Assembly (NCBI RefSeq): GCF_009914755.1
Contig: NC_060925.1
Source of the DNA: the human T2T-CHM13v2.0 reference genome, Homo sapiens
Reading direction: 5' to 3' (one strand)
DNA length: 64,000 nucleotides
In this document: in pieces, positions 40,288-55,055 of the stretch
Layout of the letters: each line of letters starts with the position of its first letter
How positions within the stretch are numbered: the stretch's first letter is position 1
Notes under the pieces: model-generated
What the model was told of the DNA's origin: nothing
Databases searched by the model: none
What the model saw: only the letters and a program-made list of their open reading frames with translations
Position numbers and translations under genes: made by a program

Positions 40288-41156
40288 TGAAATATTCCCT
40301 TTTTTATATGTTGAAGTATGTTATATTTAAATTAAAAAATTAAAAAGTAGTAGCAGCTCATTATGAATATTTATCTGTTACACAGACTGAAAAAATCTTT
40401 CTAAACCTAATAGCAACAAATTAAAAAATAAAAAAAAATTATCTGTAGACTTGACTACATAAAAGCTTGAGGAACCAATATATAAAAACAACCACAATTT
40501 TAGTTTGCCATAGAATGCAAAGAAAAATGGTTAACACCAGTAATACATAATGATATAAATGGGCATAAAACACTTAAGAAAGAAATAATGGCCAATAAGC
40601 ACATGAAAAAAATATATTTCTAAACTAATAATCAAAGATACTCAAAGTAAAACAATAGGATGAAATTTTCCAAGTATCCAAATTAGCATTTCTTCTAATG
40701 ATAATAATAAGGCAAGACAGGCACTTTCATGCACTGTTGTTCTTAGTTTAAATTGGTTATTGAACCAAAAATCACTTTAAAAAGCAGAGTATGGACTCAG
40801 GATTCCCTGAACGCTATCTATGATCCCAACATCCCAACAGCCCATTTTCTTGTAATCTACTCCTTATTCCTTAGTTACTCTTTTACCTCAGTGATGCTGA
40901 TACTGAATTTGTCCTTTGTTTAGAAATAAATAAACACTAAAATAATATATATTTCATAATATGTAGGCAAAATTTAGAAGAATATGCTCCAATCTGTTGA
41001 TAGTGGTTCTGAGACATAAAAGTGTAAGAGAAGCTCACATTCTATATCATATATCTGTAATGAAAAGTTATGCATAATTTTCTATTACTTTTACAAGAAA
41101 AATAGTAATATATTTGGTCTAATCTTCATTCATTTCCTAATCCATTCAAGAAGTAC

Positions 41157-41519
41157 GGATATAGTTTCGCTGTGTCCTCACCCAAATCTCTTCTTGAATT
41201 GTAGCTCTCATAATCCCCATGTGTCATGGGATGGATCTGGTGAGAGGTAATTGAATCATGGGTTCCAGTTTTCCCATGCTGTTCTCCTGATAGAGAATAA
41301 GTCTTACAAGATCTGATGGTTTCATAAAGGGCAGTTCCTTTGCACATGCTTTCTTGCCTGCTGCCATGTAAGACATGCCTTTGCTCCTCCTTTGCTGTAT
41401 GCTGTGATTGTGAGGCCTTCCCAGCCATGTGGAACCATGAGTCCACTAAACCTCTGTTTTTTGGAAATTACCCAGTCTTAGGTATTTTCTTCATAGCAGT
41501 ATGAAAATTGACCAATACA
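41157..41519 (+). mobile_element. Solo THE1C-like LTR (MaLR)
   Basis: gatatagtttcgctgtgtcctcacccaaatctc start and gaccaataca end; 5-bp TSD agtac (41152-41156 / 41520-41524). Confidence 0.9.
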
Positions 41520-41984
41520 AGTACTCGCCAAGAAGATACTACTAACACGCCAATCCCTGTGCAAGGCAGGACAAGGCAGGTGGTTAGGGACCAAAGTGAA
41601 GGGCACTTGAGGTCTAGCTAAGACCTGGAGTGTAAGGTCGAGTAAGTTCTATGACTCTTGTTAAGGTTTGTGACCAACACAAAGTGCCCTAATAGACACA
41701 GTAAGGATCCCAATACAAACCCAGTCATGCAGGATCATCAGGGGGTAGCAGCAGTGTGCATCTATTCAGCTAGGATTCAGAATGGAAACACATCCCTGTG
41801 AAGATACCTCGGCACCTAGAAATCTGCCAGAATAAAATCTGGAAACTAAAAACCTCCAGGCATAACACCAATAACATAGATCTAGTCGCAGTGAAGCAGT
41901 CGTGGTAATCCATTCTAACACACACCCTGCTATCAAAATTGGAAGACAATATAAACTTGGAAAGGTAGGACAGTAATTTAGAAA

Positions 41985-42240
41985 ATAATAATGATACTAA
42001 ACACTTATTATGTGTGTGGCACTATTATACACACTTGATACATATTAAATCCTCATAACAACTTGATAAGGGAAATAGAAAGTGAGCTTCTCTCACACTT
42101 TTATGTCTCAGAACCACTATCAACAGTCTGGAGCATATTCTTCTTATCCTATTTACAAATAAGGAACACAGAATTTAAGGTTTTGCCCAAGGCCATATAG
42201 TTAATAAGTGGTAGAGCCTGGATCCAAATCAAGGAATCCT
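41985..42240 (-). mobile_element. MIR carrying a 70-bp insert (42075-42144)
   Basis: ttaaatcctcataacaac...[insert]...tttacaaataaggaac...ttgcccaaggccatatagttaataagtggtagagcctgga. Confidence 0.7.
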
Positions 42241-42264
42241 TGTTCTTGCTACAAGAAGTCCTAT

Positions 42265-42700
42265 TTGTTCATTTATTCAACAGACATTATTGGGAGTCTT
42301 CCAAATCCCAGGCATTTGGATAGGTGTTTTGCATACAAACAAAAATAAGAAAGCCTCTGCATTCACAGTGTAGTAGAATAAGAGAACAGGGGAGCAAATA
42401 TGTAAAACACATGGTAAATGCTAAAACAGAGGAACTGGCCAAATACTGCTTAGTAATATGAGCAATTTTGCCGGATGAAATCAAGAAAGTTTTTAACAAT
42501 ATAATTTGAATTGGGCTTTAAAAAATAAACAGAATGAAGGCATCCAAAAAGGGTGGGAAAGGGTATTTCAGATAGTAAGTTAAATATGAGCAAAGATATG
42601 GAAGTACTTACGTATGAAACACAGTATGAAAAGATGTCAGTTTTCTATGACTGAAGAATGAAGTCCATGAGGGAAACTGGCAGAAGAAGGAAGGAGACAG
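42265..42700 (-). mobile_element. L2 3' relic
   Basis: ttcatttattcaacagacattattg is the antisense L2 tail; diverged body follows. Confidence 0.55.
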
Positions 42701-43644
42701 GAGGCCAATATTTCTCCTGCAACATCAGTGGGGCCATCCTCACTGAAACCACTACCCTGAGGAGCTGTATCTTCCCAAGGTTTCTCAGAAGCACACATAA
42801 AAATTTAGTCATTTGTTTCAACCTCCAACAAAATTACATTTTTAGCAAAAGAGCATAAATGAAGCTTTACTCATTAGACAACTTACTTTGAGATAGCTTT
42901 GTTAAGATTCAGGTGTTATACTTGTAATAGAACATTGTTGCCAAGGTGATGGGGATTTAAACAATGAAATAAATATAACTGCAATAAACATGTTTTGAGA
43001 AGACAGCACCAACTGTAATTTCCCTCTGTAAAAGGAACTCAGGGCCTTTGAAACAGCTAAATCTCTTTAAGGTAAGCAAGTGCTCTCACACCACAGCATA
43101 GAGGGTGTGAGATCTTCAGATCTTTTTCCCTCAGAGTGTTGCTTATCTTGAGAGCACTACTTAGTTTAGTATGCAGATCTTGCTGGCTGTACTTCCTGTC
43201 CTGCTTACTATAACATCTTTTTTATGTAGCAGAAACTTAAAACAATTGAAATTCTAAAGATGGAAAAGCCGTCTGCGCTAGCAAAGGATAATACAATATC
43301 ATGTTCTACCATACGGTCTCCTTCCAAGAATTTACTCCAGGGATTTGCCTAGACCCCAAAGGAGATCTCCATAGAAGGCCTTGGAGAGATGCATTTTTAT
43401 ACTGGGAAAGGAAATGAGAACATTTACTTATACTTTATACATGACTTCTTTTTTGAAAGGAAGATGTGTAATCTGGTGCATAATCTTTGTGTATAATCTA
43501 GTGCATAACACCAGAACTGCCTTGTATTTGTACAGTGATTTAGATTTTACCAAGCTCTTTTACATGCACTGTTTGTGTGAGAATTAAATTGTATAGCATG
43601 ACATAAAGCTCTTAGAACAATCCTTGCGATGGGACTCAATAAAT

Positions 43645-43758
43645 CGGTGCTCACTACCTGGGTGATGAAATCATTTGTACATCAAACCCCAGTGACATAC
43701 AATTTCCCCACATAATAAACCTGCAAATGCACCCCGTGAGCCTAAAAGTTGGAAAAAA
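43645..43758 (+). mobile_element. Tiny L1 3'UTR terminus (L1PA16-like) in a MIR tail
   Basis: gctcactacctgggtgatgaaatcatttgtacatcaaaccccagtgac...aacctgcaaatgcacccc. Confidence 0.75.
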
Positions 43759-44834
43759 TGACATTACTTTTACTTATTCCATTTTGTGGTTGTTGTTATT
43801 GCTGTTGTTATGCAAATAACTTCCTTCTTTCTCTTAGTAAAAGAAAACAACTTCAAAGCTGGGTAGTAAAGGAGAACCAAAGTGGGACTACAAAGTGAGA
43901 TATGTTTAGGTCAAAATAACTGATTAATTAAGAGTTAATGTTTTCTCTTTTGTTTTTCACTATTAAAATGTCATTTTCTACAGACCACTGTAATAGCCTT
44001 GGATCACCATGTATCAATATAGCTAAATAATTCAGGGGTTTGTACAGTCATTCTCAAGCTTTATCATCACAAAATGAAATAATCTTATCTGTAAATGTGA
44101 GGATGCCAAAATTAGAAAGTGAAACCTTATCACATGAGACTGCAACATTTCGTTCCACAATGTTTCCCATAGATGAATTTTAAATGATAAACAAGGCTAG
44201 CAAAATTATCTTATCTTGCTTCTTTTATCTTAGAGGCATTTATTATTTAACAGTGGTTATATGGTCAGACGAGTAATGGTTCAACTGGATTTTTGTTCTC
44301 CATTTTCTGAAAAACTTTTAAAGAGAGTCTCTTTTTTCCTATTTTATAATTTATTTTCTCTTATCTTGCCACTGCCTAATAAGCACATGACATTTAACTT
44401 TTCAGTGATATCAACTATTGCTGTTGCTGATGATGCTATTATTGCTGCTGTACTTATTGTTACCATTTTTGATTACATGCTATGTGCTAGTCTTTTTAAA
44501 AGCATTATTTAATTTAACACTAACAAGCACCTTGCACAATGAATATGGTTGTAGCTTGAGAAGTAACTTCTAAGCCACATTGCTATTGTGATGGCATGTT
44601 GAACCCAAAACTCTTTATTTCCAAATTTCAGGATTTTACTGTATATTTATATGCTTTCAAGTAAATTATTAAATTTCATGTCATATTTACATGCTTTCAG
44701 GTAAATTATTAAGAATTTTACGAATAGAAAACTAGGGAGCAATTAGAGTAATATTTTCCTTGTAATATGGTTCTCAAAGATGGTATTAAGCTTATTAGCA
44801 ATAATATATAAATACTTCTTAAAGGAAAAAAAGG

Positions 44835-47800
44835 TTTTAAAATTCAAGAGTGAGGAAGACATCTTCCAGTGAAGATAAAACAATGGGCCTGGATTTTTAC
44901 CTTCCTGCATGAAACAAATTTTTAAAATATTTATAAAACAATGGTTTTAAAGACATTGGAAGGTAGGCAACAAAGGATGATAATCCTAAGAGATTAGAAA
45001 CAAATCATTTGAGCCCTATGATTGTCCCACCCTATTGTCTGAAGTTTCCAAGCACAGCACAAGGGAGAAGAAACCCAGGAAGATCCTTGCTGTCTCCTTA
45101 AGTTGAGAAGAAGCTGGAAGCTCAAGAGAACCAGGATAGCTAGTTCAAAAGGCACACTACTTGAGGGGAAAGAACTACAGAAAAAGAACTCTGGAGGTCT
45201 GGAGGTTTCTCTTGACTTTTCACCTTTACTGATAAACACATGCATGTGTGGAAACTACCCTCAGAAAGAAGCACCAAAAAGGATTAAAAGGAACAAACCT
45301 TCGTGCTCACACTAGATGAAAAACCGTTCCTGTCCTCAGCTAAAGCAGAAAAGCTCATAATTCACAGGGTGTTTGACAAACTACTCAGATAAAGTACTCA
45401 GAACAGTTTTGCATCAATAAGGGGAAAAGAGCCCAAGATTAAATGCTGCTGATAACATTTAACAGTTTATAAGAAAGATCTGAAAGGATTAACTGTTTGT
45501 TTCTGGGAAACTTGACTGCATCTTGGAATGAAGCTCAAAAATACATATATAAATGCAAAAATATTCAGCACTCAATAAAGTGAAATTCACCATGTGTGGC
45601 ATCTAATAAAAAATTACCATTAAAATACTACCCACAGTGAGGGAAAAAACAACTGAACAAAATTGACTTAGAAATGATGCAGATGATCAAATTAGTAAAT
45701 ATGAATATTAAACCAGTTAACTCTTCCTCATATGCGCAAGAAGCTAAAAAAAGGTTGTACATGGTAATAGACTACATGAAAGATATATTTTAAAAATAGA
45801 TAAATCAGATGGCTAGAGATAAAAATTACAATGCCTGAGATAAAAAATACACCAAACGGGACTAAAGGCAGATTATACGCTGCATGGGAATAAAGCCATA
45901 TTAAACACTGCTATTGGAAAGATTAGCGATCTTAAAAAACACCAAAAGAAGTTACTCAGAGTAATAGAGGGGAAAAAAAGACAATAAAAAAGGAACAGAG
46001 TATCAATGAACTGTGGGAAAACATCAAGTGGCCTAATATACAGTTAAATAGAGTTCACAAAGGAAATGGAAGAGAGATAGAAGAAACATTTTAAAGAACA
46101 ATAGCTGAAAATTATACAAATTTGATAAAAATAATAAATTTAAAAGTTTAAGAAGTTCAACAAATTCCAACCACAAAAAAAACAGAAAAAAACACCAAAA
46201 TATATCATAAATTGCTTAAAAACAATGATTTAAAAATCTTCAGAAGTAACTACAGAAAAAGAGAGGCATTATGCACATGGTAACAAATTTAAGAATGAAA
46301 GCAAACTGCTGGTTGAAAACAATGCAAGCTGAAACCAAGTGCAACAGTATCTTTAAAATACTGAAAGAGAACATTTTCAACCTAGAATTCTATATCCAGT
46401 AAAAATATGTTACTAAATATCTTTGTAAAAGACTTTACCTAGTATATATGTAATGAAATAATTCAACATCAACAGACCTGGGCAACAAAAAATGTAAAAA
46501 GAAGTTATTCAGGAAGAAAGAAAACTGTAACATATAAAAGTCCGAATCTAAACAAAACAATGAAGAGCACTGAAAATGGAAAATTCACTGATAAATATAA
46601 AAGACTTTTTCCTTATTGGTTAGATTTCCTTAAAAGATTATCAATTATTTAAACAAAAACTCATAACAAAGCATTGCAGAGCCTATAACACAGAAAGACA
46701 GAATATATGACAAAAATAGCACAAAGGATGGAGTGAGAGGGGGAAATGGAAGTATATTCTTGTGAGGTTGTTATAATACACAATAAGTGGCATAATATTA
46801 CTTGAAGACAGACTGTGATAAATTGAAGATGTATACTATAAATCCTAAAGCAACCACTAAAATAATACAACAAAGAATTACAGCTAGTAACAATGGAGAC
46901 AAGATGGAATCAACAAAAATGCTCTACTTACCAAAAGTAGGCACAAAAAGAGGCAACATTGAACACAGAATAGACAAATAATTATAAAAAAATGCAAACA
47001 TTCCAAACACTCTAACTAAAAGGAAGAAGTTGTCAAACTGGGTTCAAAAGTAAGATTCAACTAGGTACTATTTATTAGAATCCCATTTAAAATGCAACTA
47101 CACAGAAAGGTTAAAGTATAAAGATGGGAAAAGATTTACCATTCTAACACTTACTAAAAGAAAGCAGGAATGTCTATATTAATATCAAAGTCAAATTTTA
47201 AAGGAAAGAATATCACAAGGTATAAAGATAATCATTTCATAATGATTAAGAAAACATGACAATGATAACAGAGTTTTGAAAATCCTGAAGTGAAACTGGT
47301 AAAAGCTTCTAGGAGAAATAGAAAAATCCACAATTATACTCATATATTTAAACACACATCTCTAAATTATTGATGGAACAACTAGATAGAAAATCAGGAA
47401 GGATGCAGAAGACTTGAATAATACTATCTACCAACTTGACTCAATTGACATTTATAGAGCACTTGACTCAAAAACAGTAGGGTTCAAATCCTTTTAAAGG
47501 GCACATGAAACATTTACCAAGGTAAACTATATACTACTGGACCATAAAAGAAATTCTCAATATAGGATTTACATCAAGGATTCAAATCAAGAAACATGTT
47601 CTTTAATTACAGTGGAATTAAATGAGAAATCCCTAATAGAAAAATATAAGTAAAATGTCTAAATATTTGGAATTTAGGTATTTGTACATATACTCAAATG
47701 ACCCATAGGGCAAAGAATAATTCATAAATAAAATTAGTATTTTGAACTAAACAGAAATAAAAAATAGAGAATTTACGTTATTAAAAACGTGTAGCACTCA

Positions 47801-49884
47801 GTACCTATATTAGAAATAAGGCCTCAACTTAATGACCTTAGCTTGCATGGTAAGAGGTAGAAAGAGGAGAACATTACACTCAATGTAAGTAGAAAGATCA
47901 CAGATGAATAGATGAAATAGAAAACAGCAAAAGTAATATGGAAAATTGATTAAACACAATCCTAATTCTTTGCAAAATTATACACAGAATAATCAGTATA
48001 AAAAGAGAATACATAAATTATGAATATTGGGTATGAGAAAGATGACAACACTATAGCCTATAATTATCAAAAAAAATTATTATGACAATTTCATGCCAAT
48101 AAATTTTAAAATTTTTAGGAAATAAACAGATTTTCTGAACAATACAAACTATGAAACTCACAAAAGAAGAAACAGATAACCTGAATAGTTTTATATTCTT
48201 AGAAGACTGAATTCGTCATTAAAAATCCCTCTCACAAAGAAAACTCCAGGCCCACATGCCTTCATTAGTGAAGTCTTTCAAATATTTAAGAAAAAAGTTA
48301 GTATCAAATTTATAAAATCTCTTTTTAAAAATGGTCTTACCAAAAGATTCTGAATACAATGTTATCCTAACACCAAAACCAGAGAAAGATATTTGAAAAC
48401 ACACTCATATACCCCAATACCCCTCAGGAACATAGATGCAAAAAAAAAAAAAAAGAATGTTTATCAAATCAAATCCAATAATATATTAAAAGGATATTAA
48501 ATAATGGCTAAGTATGGAATGCAAAGTTAGTTTAACATTAGAAAAATAGTTAAGCTAATTCACCATTTTAACAAACTAAAAAAGAAAAAAAAACCCATAT
48601 GATTACCTAAACAAATGCAGAAAAAGCATTTGCCCATATCCAACATCAGTTCCTCATTACAACTCTCCGTAAACTACTAATAGAAGCAAAATTCCTCAGC
48701 CATATAAAGGGCATCTTCCAAAGACACATAACTAACATCATATTTTTGACAAAAGACAGAAGGCTTTCCCTCTAATATCAGGATCAAGTCAAGGATATCT
48801 GATGTTATTACTTCTATTCAACACTGAACAGTTGGTTCTACTCAGTGAAATAGGCAAAACAAGTAAATAAAAGGCATGGAGATTGAAAGAAAAGAATAAA
48901 ATAAATTAAAAAGTTAAAGTGCCTCTATTTTCAGCTGACATGAATGTCTATACAGAAAATTCTATGGAATCTATGTGAAAAGCTACAAGTACTAATAAGT
49001 GAGCTCAGCAAGATTGCAGGATACAAGATCAATATGCAGAACTCAACTGTATTTCTATGCACAAGCAATTAATAATTGAAAGCTGAAATTTAAAAAATGC
49101 CTATTACAATAGCATTAAAATACAAAATAACTTAGAAATAAATCTGACAAAATATGTATAAGACCTATAAATTTAAAACTGCAAAACACCTCTTGGAAAA
49201 ATTTTAAGTCCTAAATAGAGAAATACATTGTGTTCACCAAAAGGAAGACTCAGTATTATTAAAATGTTATTTTCTGGCTAAACTGATCTGTAGATTCAGT
49301 GCAATCCCAATAATATCTCAACAAGGTTTTTTATAGAAATATATGAGCTGATTATAAAATTCATATAAAAATGCACAGAATCCAGAATAGCCAAAACATC
49401 TTAGAAAATGTAGGACAAAGAGGACTTACACTAGCTGGTTTCAAGATTTACAGTCCTACAATATTCAAAGCAGTGTGGTATTTGTATCATGACAGACAAA
49501 ATACATAAATGAAACAGAATAGAAAATCCAGAAATAGGACCACATGTAAATGGCCTTCAACAAAAGTGCAAAGTCAATTCAATGAAAAAGAATAGTCTTT
49601 CCTACAGATTGTGCTAAAACAGTATGGTATCCATAGACCAAAAAAAAAAAATCAAAAAATACAAACTTCTTTTGATATTGGCATCATATACAAAAGTTAA
49701 CTCAAAATAGAACATATACCTAAATGTAAAACCTGAAATTATAAAGACTTTAGAAAACACAGAAAATCTATTCTACCTTGGGCTAGACAAAAATTTCTTA
49801 GCTATGGTAACAAAAATCATCATCCATAAAAACAAAATTAATAAATGAGACATCATCAAAATTAAGAATGAAATGACAAACCAA
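44835..49884 (+). mobile_element. Old near-full-length L1M (L1MC/MD-age): 5'UTR, ORF1 and ORF2 remnants; outermost layer of the nest
   Basis: Collinear decayed L1 motifs (gaactgtgggaaaacatcaagtggcctaat, caggcccacatgccttcattagtgaa, ttttcagctgacatga); an old-type ORF2 3' piece reappears at 63790-63955. Confidence 0.8.
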
Positions 49885-52780
49885 GGCTTCCCATTTCCAG
49901 CCTAGCAGGTAAGAAGCTTGGAAATTGCTATTCCATTCTAACAAGTAAAAAGCTAAATAAATTGAAAAAAACTACAACTTTTAGATTCATAAGAGAAATG
50001 AGATCATAAGGCAAACTACTGCCCTCAAAGCTGAAGAAACAGAAGACAGAAACAACAGAGAAGCAGCCTACAAGCAAAAACCTCCACAGGAACCAGTGCC
50101 AGTGCAGGAAAACCTGAACTCTTAATTGATGAATTGCTGGAGAATTGGTTTGGACAACTCTGGCATTAAAAATTACAGGGGGACTCAGTCATTATGGGGC
50201 ACCCACAGTTTTGTGAATTTTACATCCAGTAGCTCTACCAGGTCTTCTTGGTGAATACTGGAGAAAGATCCTCCATGATCCAGGCAGGGGGAGGGTGAAA
50301 TAACCATTTAAAAATACTCCAGATCATTCTCTTCTACTTAACAAGGTCTTCTCTCAGGAGAAACTATGTAATCAGAGCCTAACCTACAGGGATTTGGTCA
50401 GAACTTAACTGACTTGAGAGAAGGGGAATACCCACCTCCAGCCCACTCTAGACCTTCTTCCTGACCCACCTACGAGGGAAAGAGAAGCCTATGAGAAGTT
50501 CACAATCCAGAGGTATGGACTGACCCAAAAAAAAAAAAAAAAACCTGAGGACTAATTGTAGAACTACAGAAGATGTCCTCTCTTTCCATACCTTACCACC
50601 ACATTACTAAAGGCCTATTTATAGGATTTCCTTCTGCCCAGTACATCATGTCCAGCTAACTAAAAACATAGTTGAGGAGATAAAGCAAGCATCAAAACCA
50701 GACTCAGAAATGGCAGGGATGGTGAAATTATTACACCAGCAATTTATTAAAACTATAATTAATATGTTAAGAATGCTAATGGGTGAAGTAGACAACATGC
50801 AGGGACAGATGGGCAATACAGGCAGAGATAAAAACTTTAAGAAAGAACAACAAAGAAATTCTAGGGATTTAAACACTATAACATAAATGAAGAATACTTT
50901 TAATGGGCTTAATATAGGCTGGACACAGCTGAGAAAAGAGCTTCTGATCTTCAGAATATCTCAATAGATACCTCAAAAATGGAAAAGCAAAGGAAAAAAT
51001 GACAGGAAAAAAAAAAACCAAGAACAGAATATCCAAAACCTGTAATACGACTACAAAATGTGCAACATACACATAAAGGGAATACTAGAAAAAAGACAGA
51101 ATGGAACAGAAGAAATATTTGCAAACATGATGACTAAGAGTTCTCCCAAAGTTAATGTCAGACACAAAACCACAAATCCAGGAGGCTCACAGAACACCAA
51201 GCAGGATAAATGCCAGAAAATTAAACAAAAGCTTATCATTTTAAAACGAAAGAAAATCAAGGATAAAGAAAAATCCAAAAAGAATACAGAGGAAATAACA
51301 CCTTATCTAGGGGTAAGTAAAAATAAGAATTACAACCAACTTCTCTCCAGAAACTATGCAAGCAAAAAGACAACGGAGTAAAATATTGAAAGTGTGGAGA
51401 AAAAAAACTACAATTCTTTTACTCTACGAAATTATCCTTCAAAAATGGAGGAAAAATACTTTCTCAAATAAAAAAAAAAGGAATCTGTAGCCAGTAGACC
51501 TGTCTTGAAAGAAATGTTAAAAGAAATTATTTCAAGAGAAGAAAAATTATATACCTAAGAAATTCAGAACATAAAGAGCATCAGAGAATAAATAAGTGAA
51601 GGTAAAATGAAAGCATATTTTTCTCATTCTTCATTGACCTAATTGAAATAATACTAGCAAAAATATATATAACTATGCATGCATATCAAATTACACACAC
51701 TTATGTATGCTTATGCATATGTGAAATGAATGACAACAATCATACAGTGGACAGGAGGGACAAATACAGCAGATATTAATCCAACTGTATCAATGATTAC
51801 ATTGAGTGCCAAGCACTATAAATGGACCTACTAAAAGATAGAGATGGTAACAACGGATAGTAAAACAAGATCCAACTATATGTCATCTATAATAAACCAA
51901 CTTTAAATATAAAGATACATATAGATTAAAAGTAAATGGATGGAAAAAGATATATAAAAATTTAATGCCAATTTCTAAAAATAAGAATAGCTATATTAAT
52001 TTCAGACAGAGCCAACTTTAGAGCAAGGAAAGTTATCAGGAATAAATGGAGTGATATACAATGATTCAGGTCACTTCTTCAAGAAAACATAACAACCCTT
52101 AATGTGTATGTATCTAACAAGAGAGCATCAAACTACATGAGACAGAAATTTCTAGAACTGCAAGTAGAAACAGATTGATCCACTATTATGGTTGGAAACT
52201 TCAACGCCCCTTTATCAGAAATGGACAGATCCAGCAGGCAGAAAATCAATACGGATATAGTTTTTAGCTCAACAATCAATATAATGGACCATAAATCATT
52301 ATAATCACCATCAATATAATGGACATCTATAAACTACTTCATCCAACAACAGAAGAATATACATTCTTCTCAAGCTCTAGTAGGAAATTAACCAAGATAG
52401 ACCTCATTTGGAGCCATAAAACATATCTAAACTAATTTAAAAGAATGGAATTCATATAATGTTTACTCTCTGGCCACAACGGAATGAAACTAAAAATAAG
52501 TAACAAAAAGTTACCCAGAAAATCCCCAAATACTTGCAGATTAAACAACACACTTATAAATAACATATAGGTAAAAAATATCAAGAGAATATAAGAAATA
52601 TTTTGAACTTAATAAAAATGAAAGGACAACTCATCAAAATTTGTGGGATGTATCAAAAGCAGGAGTTGGAAGGAAAATTACAGTATTGAAGGCATATATT
52701 GCTAAATAAGAATACTCTGAAATCAATCATCTATGTTTTCCTTTTAGTAAAATATTTGAATCCAAAGTAAGCAGAAGAGT
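49885..52780 (+). mobile_element. Second L1M (5'UTR, ORF1, EN portion), 3' part absent
   Basis: New L1 5' end, ORF1-like ORF at 51058, and EN motifs (atatagattaaaagtaaatggatgga, ggaaacttcaacgcccc). Confidence 0.75.
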
Positions 52781-52789
52781 TTCCTTGTT

Positions 52790-55055
52790 CTTTTTTTTCC
52801 CAAGATGGCTGAATAGAGACATCAGATGCCAATTCTCCTGAGAAAGAAATTCAAAGTTACAGGTAAATGGTCATGATCTGAGTGGAAAGCTGAAGGAAGT
52901 GAGCCAAGGTCTGTGAGAGCCCATAGGAAAAAAGCTGGGGGCACAGAAAAGGAAGGCAGCAAGAATATGGCAAAGGCTGACCCCTGAGGAACTTGAAGTC
53001 CCACAGAAAGGGTAAGTGAGAGTGTTTCTTTGCTCCCCTCACCGCTGTGACAAACTGCTGACGACTAAATTGCTGGGGAATGCCTCTGCCCTTGCAACCC
53101 TAGGAAATGCGGTCAGTAGCAACTCAGAAACTTCCTAGGGACAGAGCACTGAGTGGCCAGCTCATGGAGGTGCATTCACACTCCCCTCAGGCCTAAACTG
53201 ACATAGCAGGTGCCACACTGGTTGTGCACCTGTTGTGGGCCATTGCTCTTCCTGGGGATCCTCAGCCATTGTGTCACCATATCACCAGATCCCCTGCAAA
53301 TATACCACAGACTCTTCTCTGACTTTGGCAACTACAGGGAACCAGTGGGACCTTGGAAAATTGCAGGATCCCTTCAACATGGGCTGCCCCTAGGAGATGG
53401 AGGAGCACAGCTCACCTAAGTGCACCTTGATACAAAGGAAATGTGAACGCAGTCCCTATCTGTGAAGCGGGTGGTACTAGTGGCCAGAAACAGATACGGA
53501 GGAGTAAACCCCACTCCCCCTATTCACTATTGTGGATGTAGCAGAGGCTTTCTCTGCTGGGGGCTGACATGAGTGCCCTTGGAAACAGCATTTCCAGCAC
53601 TATTCATGGTAGCTGCACCCCACTGAAAGGGTACCTGTACCACCTGGGCTTGCAGACAGGGCATGGGCCATCTGCCCTCCGTACACAGAGCAGTAGCGTC
53701 CTAGCAACACAGCACAGACAAGCCACAGAATTGTCTGCTCTGGAATGGGGGAAGAGGATCTGCCCTGCAACCACTTTTGTGGTAGCAGCCAGAGAGGTTT
53801 ATTTCAAGAATCTCAGTTGCACTGTGGCTGGGAGATAAAGCACAAGTCTATTAATTGAAGATCATAAACCTTGCAACAAGGGCATGATAGGGAAAAGGAT
53901 TGTGTTCCTGCCTGCCCAGGACAAGGAACTGGTGCAGCGCCCCCTACCCCTCTCCCCAAGACCTCAGCACATCCCAACACAAATTTCCCCTGCCAACCCC
54001 ATCAAAGAGGGTCCTTTCATTAGTTATCAGGCTGTGAAAGAAGGAGCTAGTGCCTACTCTTAAACACCACCTACTGGACTGAAGACTTAACTGCCCCACC
54101 ATGTAAGAAATCTGCTATCAGAAGGGCATAGAGCTAATGTAAGACAGACGCTTCCTGAGACCTCCGCATTTCCAATCTTGCAGAAGATTGTGTGTTTGGC
54201 TCATATGCCAAACACATTACTACAACAAGCAGCATTTGAGAAAGCCACCACACAAAAGCTACCCATAACACCAAGGAACTTATTCAGAGCCTTGGCCCCT
54301 GAAAGCATCCAGAAACAAAGCCAAAGAAACATACACAAGATACACTGCAGTCACATTCTCAAGGTACAAATTAAAAAAAAAGAAATCCCACTCAAACAAC
54401 AGCAAATTCAAAATAAGAAGTGACAGCTTCTTGAGACGAGAAGGAATTAGTGCAAGAACTCTGGCAGTACAAAAAGACAAAGTTTTTGACACCACCAAAG
54501 GATTGCACTAGCTCTCTACAATGGATCCTGACCAAAATTAAAATTCTAAAATGATGATTAAGAATTCAAAATATATATTGTAAGAAAGCTCAATGAGTGC
54601 CAAGAGAAAGTTAAAAATCAACACAAAGAAACTAGAAAAAAACAATTCAGGATGTGAAAGACAAGATATAATAAAAAAGAATTTCTGGAAATGAAAAATT
54701 CACTGAATTAATTCCAAAATATAGTTGAGAGCTTCAGCAATAGGCTAGACCAAGCATAAGGAAGAATTTCAGAGCTTGAAGGCCAGTCTTTCTAATTAGC
54801 CCAATCAGTCAAAAACAAAGCAAAAAAAATTTATTTAATGAACAAAGCCTTCAAGAAACATAAGATTATGGAAAATTACCAAACCTAATGATGTACAGGC
54901 ATTTCAGAGACAGAAGGAAAAAAGAGTAGACAACTTGGCAAACATATTTGAGGAAATAATTCAAGAAAATTTCCATGCTCTTGCTGTAGAGGTAGACATC
55001 CAAATACAAGAAATATAGAGAACACCTGAAAGCTATTATACAAGAAGGACATCAT
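52790..55055 (+). mobile_element. Third L1 (L1PB/L1M1-like 5'UTR and ORF1 5' part), 3' part absent
   Basis: caagatggctgaatag YY1-type 5' end at ~52801, GC-richer 5'UTR, ORF1 coiled-coil remnant. Confidence 0.78.
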
